Shown here in pieces: positions 12,446 through 23,200 of a stretch of 64,000 nt of DNA; position 1 is the stretch's first letter, and the number at the start of each line of letters is the position of its first letter. This DNA is from Octopus sinensis (taxonomy: Eukaryota): the NCBI RefSeq assembly GCF_006345805.1, contig NC_043005.1, positions 69,502,001 to 69,566,000 on the forward strand, given 5' to 3'. The translations under genes were made by a program, and so were the position numbers. The notes below the pieces were generated by a model. It searched no databases. It had not been told where the DNA came from and saw only the letters and a program-made list of their open reading frames with translations.

Positions 12446-12482
12446 GCGCAGGAGTGGCTGTGTGGTAAGAAGCTTGCTAACC
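12446..12482 (+). mobile_element. 5' tRNA head of a SINE family A copy, interrupted by insertions
   Basis: GCGCAGGAGTGGCTGTGTGGTAAGAAGCTTGCTAACC matches the intact head at ~17996-18021; the rest of this SINE resumes at 16818. Confidence 0.85.
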
Positions 12483-14453
12483 TTGAAGGTGTTCGGACGT
12501 GTTTTTTAGCTGCTGCCGGATGTCACGTCTTTCGGCGTGAATTATTGAATTTTGAGACTCGACTACAGGTAGGCGTTTGCTGTACATTTTTAGGGGCTTA
12601 GTGAAGTTTATTGCTCTGTATTTATTATTTTTTGGAGAGTAATAGACTCCACTTTGCTCCTGATATTTTTCTGTCTGTGGTCGAGCGTAAAGACTCACTT
12701 TGCAGTGAGAATTGTGGTTTTGAGGAGGCGTAGCCCCCCCCTCAAAAATTAATTGCCTTTCTGTTGGATTTACCAAGAAGTACCAAGGATAACCAACAAC
12801 TGTTTTGGACGTTTGGCCAGGAGTGCCTTTTCGGCCATAAAAATTAATTCCTTTGCTGAATTTGAACTCTCTTCTTTCAGCTATCGTTTATTTTAAAATG
12901 AACTCTTCTGAACTGTTATTTTATTGTAATTCTTCTCTACTGTTATGTTTTCCCTTCTCCCTTTTGTATCTTATTTATTTCTTACACTTTTGAACTTTAA
13001 TTGAATTCCGTTTCGAAATGGCAAAGGAATTTATTGTGTGGGACCTAACATCTCCCAAAAAATATTTAAAAGAGCTGGAAAGGAAGACCGTGGTGTTGAG
13101 GACTTATTCGAAGTCGCTCGACAACATAGCTGTCTTCCCAAAGGCCACAATTTAAAACGAGCTGGCGGACTACATGCCAGCCGTTAAATTTATCTCACGG
13201 GGAGTGAAATACGCAACGGTCTGGCTGCTATTTGACTCCCCAAAAGAAGCTTGCGACTTTCCAAGCCATCCCCTTGAGGGCAAAGAAATATTGTTTCTCC
13301 CAAACTATATGGGAGAAAAAACTATTGAAGGCTTGGATCTGCGGCCTACCACCCGGAGTTGAGCCGGAGTGGATAGAGGACTCTATCCGCCGGGGTCTGG
13401 GTGGTAGCAGTGCAAAGCTGCTAAATGTAAAAATGTTGCCTGCGGCTGATTGGGAGGGGTCGAAAGCTGTTTTGACCCTATGGAACCAATCAGCCAAAAG
13501 TCTGGTTTTTCCAGATTTCTTGAGGATGGCCGGGTCCAGGTATCTGGTGATGCTTGAGGGCCCCCCACAAGTGTCGCTTGTGCCTGGAGACAGACCACAT
13601 TAAGAAGAACTGCCCCAGGGACCAAAGTAGGATCCTGGAGCAGTTAATGTTGGAATCTCTCCCTGCTCCCCCAATGGAGTGAGAGAAACAGAACGAGGAA
13701 ATTGCTACATCATAAAAAAAAAGAAAGATGGGCAATAATGGTGACCCACAGAAAGACCCGGGAGCTGCGGGAGAAAAAGAGGACCCGTTGTGTGCAACAC
13801 GGGAGCCTCGCCCTCCCGCGGCCCAGGAAAAAAAAGAAGAAAGAGAAACAGGACGCCGCCGGCGGATTGTAACACGCAGACGGCGTCTCCCAAGCTTCCT
13901 CAGGCGGGTATGCCGCCGGAGGATCAATATGTGGTCCTCTTCCACAAAGGACGAAAGCTTGAAAACGAGATAGGTAAAATGAAAGAGAAAGGCCAATGGG
14001 AGGGACTTTGGTCCTGCACGGAGGACCCTGAGTGGCCTTCGCAAGTGGCTGCGGAGGTCCTATGGGATAGCGATCTGTGCAGGATCGTGAATTCCTTCCC
14101 GGAGGACTCCTTTCAATATATACCTGAATGGCGCGGCCCGACAAAGAATGATTGCCTCATTAAAGCAAGAGCGCTGGTCGGCCGAGTGACTTGAACTTTT
14201 TGAATGTTTTAAAAAGAAAAATTGTATCATATTGAGAAAGAGGTTCATTGCCTCATTTTGACTTTTGTGAAATTTTGGACTTTGAATTTTTTGAAAAAAT
14301 GTACATTGTCTTAGAGAAGCGGAAGTCGGCGGGCGCTTTCGTCTTCTCACATCACCATCTTTGTTTCATCACCATCATTCATACCATCAATGTCTACGTC
14401 CAGTCCGCAAAGCTACATCTATGTACTGCCTTCATGGCAAATTTACTGAATAA
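12483..14453 (+). mobile_element. ORF1-only non-LTR retroelement, unit 1 (gag-like, CCHC knuckle, no RT)
   Basis: T-rich leader, disrupted ORF 13018-14194, conserved 3' tail 14310-14453 ending AATAAAA, bounded by target copies. Confidence 0.75.
13018..14194 (+). pseudogene. L1/Tx1-like ORF1 protein pseudogene, unit 1
   Basis: MAKEFIVWDL...RGVKYATVWLLFDSP...KAWICGLPPGVEPEWI...EG-PHKCRLCLETDHIKKNCP (CX2CX4HX4C at 13572-13613)...FHKG...TEDPEWPSQVA. Stop at 13153 plus frameshifts. Confidence 0.75.
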
Positions 14454-14469
14454 AAGTAGCTTGTTAACA

Positions 14470-16817
14470 GGTTGCTTCTACGCATGTGCAAGTCAATGTG
14501 GTGCTGGACACCGAAGATGTAAGACGTGTTTTTGAAAGCCGTCTTAAATTGAATATTTTTGAATACTCAGCCGTAAGGTAAGAATTTTGGGGGTCTTGTG
14601 GGGACCTGTTTTATGTTGCAATTTATTTTTACAAGCAACAAGTCTTCACTGAGCTCTTGTCTGCCGCAGGCTGAGTGAAAATATTATTCACTTAATTGTG
14701 AAAATTATTGGTTTGGTAGGCGTATCCTGCCAAACTTTCGTTAAAGTTGGAATGATCTTTTAACTGTTTTCTTAAATTTTGGCCGTAACAGTGAATTGAG
14801 AATTCTTCTTGTGAATTCTAGTGGGCGTATCTCGCAAGAAAACTATAAGAATAAGCCACTTGGATTACCCTTTTGGATTACCTTTTGGACAAATTTTTGT
14901 GGAAGTTGTGTTCCAGTTGCGGCGTTCCAGGTTCAAATTAGGCCGGGAGTACCGTAAGGCCAGAAGATTTTTGCTGTGTTTTTGCTGTTTATTGACTTTC
15001 TTTTGAACTTTATTTAACACCCCTTTTTGTTTGTTTTTTTTTGTTTATTATGACTTTCCGTTGATTTCTTCCCTTCTGTTGTGCTTTCTCCTTTTTGTAT
15101 CTTCCCTATTTTTTCAAAAAAATCTTTCGAATTTTATTTGGACTTTTTTCTTCTCGCGTTTTAAGTTTATTTTGAATATATTTAAAAAAACAAAACAAAA
15201 CATGGCAATGAAAAATGACAAAATTTTGGAATGGGAGATTATACCGCCTAAAATGTGGTTAAAAGACCGTGAAGATAGGACGGTGGTGTTGAGAACCTAC
15301 TACAAGCCACTCGACAGCATCGCCCTATTCGAAAAGACGGCAATTGAAAAGGAGTCGGCAGGGTATTTGCCAACAATTAAGTTCATTTTCAGGGGTGTCA
15401 GATATGCAACGGTGTGGTTGCTATTTGACACCCCTGAAGAGGCAAATTAGCAAGTAAACCCCTGGAGGGTAAGGACATTTTATTTCTGCCCACGTACCAT
15501 GGGAAGAGACTGACGAAAGCTTGGATCTGCGGGCTGCCACCCGGGATAAAACCCGAGTGGATAAAGGAGAGTATCCACCGGGGTCTGGGTAGCAGCGGAA
15601 CTAAGCTTCTTAATGTGAAAGTTCTTCCTGCGGCTGTTTTGGTTGGGTCAAAAGCAATTTTGACCCTTTGGACCCAATCAGCCAATGTGGTTCTTCCAGA
15701 TTTTTTGAAAATGGCCGGGTGATACTTGAGGGTCACCCCGCTAGGTGTCATCGGTGCTTGGAGTCCGGCCATATAAAGAAAAACTGTCCCCGGGAACAAA
15801 ATAGGATCCCGGAGCAGTTAAGTGAAACCCCTGTAGAAGAGGGAATGAAGACGGCTGAAGAAGCGGAGGACTCCTCAAACAGAGGCCGAAAGGGGAAGGT
15901 GAGCAACAATGGGTGCTCACCAAAGGATACTGGGGATGAGGAGCGAAAGGCGAATCTTCCGGCCGCAGAGGAGACGCACCCTCCCTCAGTTGAAAAGAAA
16001 AAAAAGAAAAAAGAGGAAGAGAAACGGGACATTACCGGCAGTCGGTGACATAGTACCAGAATGTCCCGGAACTACGTCGGTTGGGGTTGTGCCACCGACA
16101 GGAGAAGAAACACCGTTGGTGGGAACTGTGCCGCCAACGAAGAATTGAATATCCCGCCCCCGAGGAAAAACGATGTATTGATCCTCTTCCATAGAGGCGG
16201 AGAGATTGAAAAGGTGATGGAAAAGCAACATAAGGGAGCACCTTTAGCCTTCACACAGGACCGCGAATGGCCTCAGCAGGTAGCTGTGGAGGCCGTGACG
16301 TTCGACGTGACGCTTGGGCTGAAGGAGCTCAATGAGGATTATAGCTTGGTCCCGGCGACGCTAACACGGAACTCGATTACATTCTGAGGGAGGCGTGGTG
16401 GATGACGGAGGGTGCGGGCACAAGTTATTTTGAGGACGAGTCATAAATTGTGATACGACTTGAGGGGCCCCGACCTAGAGCTGACGCATTCCTAAGGGAA
16501 TGTAAGCCAGGTCTGGGAGGAGGGGCTTGGTGTATTGTATTTATATCATATGTAATCATTGAACTATGTTGTTGTTAGTAATGTACTGTTAAGTCCAAAA
16601 ATTGAAAAGTTGTAAAAATTGTAAGAGGTTTAATACCTCGTTTTGTGTTTGTTTTTAAAAGAACAATGTTTTAGAGAAGCAGAAGTCGGCGGGCGCCTTT
16701 TGTCTTCTCCCATCCCCATCTTTCTTTCATTATCCTTCATTTCATTAATGTCCTCGTCCAGCCCGCAAAGCTAACTTACTCTATGCACTGCCTTTAAGGC
16801 AAATGTTATGAAATAAA
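14470..16817 (+). mobile_element. ORF1-only non-LTR retroelement, unit 2 (divergent paralogue of unit 1)
   Basis: Same architecture as unit 1; 3' tail 16670-16817 is homologous to 14310-14453; bounded by target copies. Confidence 0.75.
15202..16387 (+). pseudogene. L1/Tx1-like ORF1 protein pseudogene, unit 2
   Basis: MAMKNDKILEWEI...RGVRYATVWLLFDTP...KAWICGLPPGIKPEWI...EGHPARCHRCLESGHIKKNCP (CCHC at 15746-15787)...FHRG...TQDREWPQQVA. Several frameshifts. Confidence 0.75.
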
Positions 16818-17207
16818 TAGCTTGCTAACCAACCACAAGGTTCTAGGTTAAGTCCCACTGCGTGGCATCTTGGGCAAGTGCCTTCTGCTATAGCCCCAGG
16901 CCGTCCAATGCCTTGTGAGTGGATTTGGTAGACGGAAACTGAAAGAAGCCTGTCGTATATATATATATATAAATATACATGTATAGGTGTGGGTGTTTGT
17001 GTGTCTGTGTTTGTCCTCCTAGCATTGCTTGGCAGCCGATGCTGGTGTGTTTACGTCCCCGTCACTTAGCGGTTCGGCAAAAGAGACCGATAGAATAAGT
17101 ACTGGGCTTACAAAGAATAAGCCTTGGGATTGATTTTCTCGACTAAAGGTGGTGCTCCAGCATGGCCACAGTCAAATGACTGAAACAAGTAAAAGAGTAA
17201 AGAGAGT
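16818..17207 (+). mobile_element. Remainder of the interrupted SINE family A copy
   Basis: TAGCTTGCTAACCAACCACAAGGTTCTAGGTTAAGTCCCACTGCGTGGCATCTTGGGCAAGTG... with internal microsatellite and AAGTAAAAGAG tail. Confidence 0.9.
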
Positions 17208-17994
17208 GAGTAGACAGAGAGTTTCCGAATGGACAAAAATAATAATTTTAATGAATTATACACACACACACATACAATCACAAACCTAGGTATATTGAAA
17301 ATAAATTTAACTGATTACGTAAATATTATATGACGCAAGTAAGTGGAAAATCCTGTCTGAAATACACTGTTAGGATAGTAACTCAGATAAAAATGAAATA
17401 AAGTACGTGTAAATGAAAAATATGCTTCACTACATTTTATTAGGCGATGTAACAATAAGTCTCAGCAATTTTAATACTAATGAACGAAATGATGACAAAG
17501 GAATATTTTTAGAAATAAAAGAAACATTGTGACAAAGCAAGCATTTTTGACGCAGTGGAATGAAATAAATGAATACATATTCGAATACTGAAGAAAAACA
17601 GGTAGGGGAAAAATACTGTTGGTTGTAAAGGAGAAATTAGGGGAGAGATAGGAAAAATTGTTGCGTTTAGAATTAAAAACAAATAATATAGTCTCAAAGC
17701 AGAACTTATGAGTTGCAAATAAAATAATAGGTAAAATAAGAGGATTTGGATAAAATATAATGAAAGCATAGACGTGGAGCAAATAAAAATAACTAAAGCA
17801 ATTTTTGCAACATCTAATTATTGCTGCAGTATTTCATAATTGGGTAACATATCAACTTTGATATTTTTCTTGCGTAAATGTTCATTGCTGATCGCTATGA
17901 TAGATAAACGTCTTATATTTAGAGAGATATCATTGGAGTAATGAAAAAAATTATCTGAAGGTGTGAGAAAATGATGTATAAGAAAAATATAATT

Positions 17995-18178
17995 CGCTGT
18001 GTGGTAAGTAGCTTGCTTACCAATCACATTGTTCTAGGTTCGGTTCCACTGCGTGGTACCTTAGGCAAGTGTCTTCTTCTAGGATCTCGGGCCGACCAAA
18101 ACTTTGTGAGTGGATTTGGTAGAGGGAAACTGAAAGACGCCCGTCGTGTGTATGTATGTATGTATGTATGTATGTATG

Positions 18179-18270
<92 letters not shown>

Positions 18271-18470
18271 TTGTTCCCTCAACATCACTTGACAACCGAT
18301 GCTGGTGCATTTACGTCCCCGTAATTTAGCGGTTCCGCAAAACAGACCGATAGAATAAGTACTAGTCTTACAAAAAGTCCTGAGGTCGATTTGCTCGGCT
18401 AATGGCGGTGCTCCAGCACGGCCGATGTCAAATGACTGAAACAAGTAAAAGAGAGAGTAAAAGAGAGAGT
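17995..18470 (+). mobile_element. Uninterrupted SINE family A copy
   Basis: Head GCTGTGTGGTAAGTAGCTTGCTTACCAATCAC, B-box-like GGTTCGGTTCC, internal (TATG)/(TA)/(TG) tract at ~18148-18272, AAAAGAGAGAGT tail. Confidence 0.9.
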
Positions 18471-21289
18471 ATAGCAAAATGAGATTTGTAAAATTAAAGC
18501 AGAAGAACTTTATAAATAATACGATATTAAAGGTGTGAAAGTAAAAACAATAAAACTGTGATTTCTAAACTGTTCTACTGAAAAGGTCAACAAAATGAAA
18601 TGTATAGTGAAACGTAAATGAAGCAAAAAAAAAAACACAGAACGGTGATATTTAGAGTAAGAGACACACAGAAGGAATTACAAATTAAGTAGAAGGATTA
18701 AAGGAAAATGTATGAAGAGAGTTTTCAGACATAGATGTTATTGAAAGAAAAAGGTAAAAATAAAACATTTACCTGAAGAACTGCAACAGAAGAATGGATA
18801 ATTAAGCGCACATTGCACAAAAGAATCAGACGATGCAGAAATTATGACTGAGGGAGAGAAACTGAAAATATAGCATGTTACTGAATTTATTAAAATGAAC
18901 ACAGATGTTTTATGCATATATATATTGCAAAAGTTATAACCAATGTGATCTTAACGATTAGTGTGGATGCTGTTCGAAACAGACAAATTAGAATACTAAC
19001 TGACCATAGGTCTCATAAATCTTGACTGGTGTAGGGACAAGAAGATGATATATAACGAAATGTTTGAATATAATTTATAGAAAATAAAACAAAAGAACAA
19101 GAATAAAGTAAGGAAATAATAGATGAAGAAACGAATATGTAGAGTGGAATATGGTAAAGGAGTAATTTAGAATAAAGTTTAATAATTGTTTCATTATAGG
19201 TGAAGCCTAGGTGAAAGACAACTAGAAAAACACAAAGATTTATGGAAAAATACCGACAGAAAATATTCATAGAAAATTATAAAATATCCAATCAGTTACA
19301 AAATAATTTAGGTGGTAGAATTTGTATAATGAGGTAAAATATTTCGCAAAAAGGTAAGGGCAATTTAAGATATATATTAAATGATTGATATGTAGGCATC
19401 CTTCTCAGAATCCAGAACAGTAAGACTGTTAAAACAAATGCAGGATGGCTTCCAGATATCAGGCCACATGACACTAATGCTGTAGAAGTGATAACAGCTA
19501 CATTCTCCATTATGGGTGCCTCGTGCTGAGACAGATTTTTCACAGTTTAATGCCAGCAATTACACGGCAGCATGCAGCATATTGTATACAGTAATTTGAA
19601 TTCCTTGTATTACGGTTGGTTAGGATTTTGGCACGTGTCAGTCGTTTATGTGAGCAATCTTAACATCAATCTTTGCGTGGTAATATCTAATCACAATGTA
19701 GTTATTGCCCATAACACATCAATGTCTTTAACAATACAGCTAACAGTAATTATAAGGATCCAGGAAATATGTCCGATGATATAAGGGAGCATCACAGTGT
19801 CATGAAGAACGAGATCTCCAATTTATCGATAATATATCGAGCTTCACTCGATGGTCATGAATGCCAGTAGCAGAATATTTAATTTCACTGCCTAAATTTT
19901 GAAAGTCATTGGATACAATGCTAGGTTCATCGTGCAACTAAATGTGTATAAATATGTATGCATCTCAAAACCTCCTCGGAAACAAACACAACTGAATAAT
20001 AACTGAAAATGCGCCAATTCTTCACCCTTGACTCTTAGTTAATTCCCCGACTCTTTTCTTTCCCTATCTACACTGTTCCTTTCCTTACCTCCACGGCCCA
20101 GACTGTTTTCGACCCCTCCATTTATTCTTACCTTTGTCTCCTCTTTATAATTTTCTTCGGGGATCAACTTAATAATGTTCACTGAAAGTCGTCGTTTGTT
20201 ATTAATTTGCTTGTATACACACATACACACACATACACAAATATACATACATAAACGCACATAATCACAAACATAGATATGTATATGGATAGAGAGATAG
20301 AGATGAATAGATTGATATGCATTTATTCTCCAACTATCACACCTACCACTTTAAAGGATAAGTTCATGGTAAAGAGCATCATCTTTCAGCGTGTCTTACA
20401 TAGGATATTTGGCCACATCTATCATTTTTGCAAGCAGTGGAATATCATTAGAAATAATAAGCCTAGCAGTATTTTGCGTCACTGAAAATCGTCATTAGGT
20501 TTAATTCACGGCGTATCTTACTTTAATCTCCTTGAAAAGAACATAATAATTTCATTTTGATTTTAGTCCACATTTAAAGATGTTTCCCTTGGAAACTTTT
20601 CAATTATTACACATTCGGATTTTAGAAGAAATTATATCTGACCAATAACAATATATAGCTGTTGTGATTGTTGTCATGTAGAATTATAGAATATTATCTT
20701 CTCCAGAACAGCAATATCTCCTGGATCTCACAAACTACAAAATTCTTAGACTATATTTGGTTATGATATTTTGAGTAAGCGGTTTTTAATTCCAGATTGT
20801 CTAATGTTGACATAGTGATATGCACAAACTCCTAGTGATTGGACATGCTTTATACGAAAATATCTCTTAGCATTTCTCGAAAAATGATTTGTGGATTTAA
20901 AAATGATTTTGTATTTTAGATAAATATGAAGATATTCAATTTCTTCACATTATAACAATAATCCATTTGTGAAATATATATCAATATATGCCGATATGCA
21001 AGAATTTATAATAGAGATAATATATACTTTCCAAGTTATTGCAATTTAATGAGTGTAAAGAAATAAACTCTGTTTCATATTTCATAAGAATGCTGTAATT
21101 CATTGCATAATCTAATTCCTAAAGGCACTAATATTAAGAGAAAATATTATGTGTCAAGATACAAAATAATTTCTCTTTACTGAAAAACATATTTTAGAAC
21201 GTGTATATACGTGTGTTTATATGTGTGTATCTACGTATATGCAAGAATGCTTACAGATACACGACATTCACTCGTACACAAATATATGT

Positions 21290-22640
21290 GAAGGTGAGTG
21301 TGGTGGAGTGGAGGGATGTCTCTTCAAGGTTAATGTGGGTTACGATGAGGTGGGGAGGGGGAGATGTGGGTGTCTTTTAGTGGATATGGTTCAGGGATTG
21401 AATGAGTGAAATAGAAATAGAGATCTGGGGAGAACTGATAGGGTGTGTGATGGGGTGGGGAAAGTGGTTATGTGCTGTTGTTGGGTGAGTTGAATATGCG
21501 AGTGGGAAATGAGGAAGTAGAAAATGTAGTAAGAAAATATGGAGTTCCTGGTCGGAGTGAGAGTGGAAGTACGTTGTTGGAAATGTGTATGGAGCTGGAG
21601 TTAGTAGTGGGGAATAGTTTGTTTAAAAAGTGGGAGAAGAATAATATATATTAATTATATATTATTGGAAGAAGAATATATATTAATTACATATTATTAC
21701 AAGAATTATTTTTGGTAATTGATAAGGGAGTCGTAGGAAGGTTTGTGGATGTGCATGTAATGAGAAGTAAAGGTAGAGGCGTGTCAGATCACTTCTTAGA
21801 ATAGGGTAAGTTGAAGATAAGCTCAAAATGGAATGCTAGACGAGTGACAGGGAGCAGTGAGGCTATAACGGTGAGTGAATTGGATAGGATACAGAAGGAT
21901 CGGGAGTATGTAGAGAAACTGAGAGGTGAATATGAATGCGTTAAGAAACGAGAGATAGGAGATGTGGAGGAGGAGTGGGAGGCTTTAAGGAGGCAATAAT
22001 GAGATGTGCTTCTGAGGTATGTGGTGCACGAGTGGTTGGAATGGGTGTGAAGAATGTTAATGAGCAGGTAAGGGATGCGGTGGCAGATGGGAGATGGAGA
22101 GTCTTATAATCGCTATAGAGAAGTGAAGAGGGAATGTGGAAAGATGGGAGGTGAGTGAAATGTTCGGTAAAGGGTCGGGAGAAAGAGAATTTTGTAAAAA
22201 ATAAAAGTATGTTTTGGAAAGAGGTACAGAAGGTAAGAAAAGTGATTGGAGGAAGAGAAGAAAGGGTGAAGGATGTAAATGGAAATTTGTTGACAGGAAG
22301 TGAGGATATACAAACGAGATGGGCAGAGTATTTTAGCGGGCCAACTAAATGTGGAAGATGTTAGGGAAGAAAATATAGGGACTTTAGGAGGAGAGTGCAG
22401 AATGTCTGTTCTTGGGGAATGGAACTACGCTGCAAGTGGAAGAGAGGAGGTGGGGTATTCTTTGCGGAAGATGGCCAGCCGGAAGGCACTATGCATAGAA
22501 TGCCTAAAGAAATGAAGAGTGACAGTGATTGAATGGCTCGTGAAGATTATGAATGTTTTATGGCTGGAAAAGTGCCAGAGGACTGTGGCAGTGCCTGTAT
22601 AGTGCCGTTGTACAAGAGAAAGGGGATATAACACACGATC
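21290..22640 (+). mobile_element. Degenerate RTE-clade LINE fragment (APE endonuclease to start of RT)
   Basis: LLGELNMRVGNEEVENVVRKYGVPGRSESGSTLLEMCMELELVVGNSLFKK, SDHFL, FWKEVQKVRK, WAEYF, CIVPLYKRKGD; many stops. Confidence 0.8.
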
Positions 22641-22649
22641 TAAAAGCAC

Positions 22650-23200
22650 ATAGACCCTAGCGTACCAGTAAGAAACTTGGTGGAAAAGTTGACCATCTGT
22701 GTAGAAACTACCTAATCCAGAAAGGACACATATATATCGACAATAAAGATGGTTTAGATATTGGTTCGCCTATGGAATAATTTGAGAATTTGGTTTTAGG
22801 ATCAACACACCTAAAACCAACACTATGGTTGCGATATGTTGATGACTCTTTATTCTCTGGCCCCACCAGGAAGATGCCCAAGTGCTGTTTGAACATGTGA
22901 ACTCAATAAAATCATCCATACAGTTAGCAATGGAAAATGAAAAAGACAATCAGGTAGCATTCCTGGAGGTATTAATAACACGCACCAAGTATGCATTCAA
23001 GACGTCCGTATGCTGCAAGCAGACCTTCAAAAAGATACCTCAACTTCAATTCCCACCATCCATATGATTTTCATATCTCTAGTGTATTATTATACCGGAA
23101 CCTCTGGTGAACGCAATAAACGAACTTCAGTATATTTTTTATAATCAGCGGTTATATGACAACTTGATAGTATAGTAAGAACAATGAAAAGAGTATTCTC
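22650..23200 (+). mobile_element. Penelope-like RT fragment
   Basis: DGLDIGSP, LKPTLWLRYVDD, LFEHVNSIKSSIQLAMENEKDNQVAFLEVLITRT. Confidence 0.8.

Noticed and set aside
12483-16817. Units 1 and 2 as a simple tandem duplication or a host gene pair
   Set aside because: Inter-unit divergence far exceeds that of the flanking target copies, and the poly(A)-signal tails and triple target duplication indicate retroposition.
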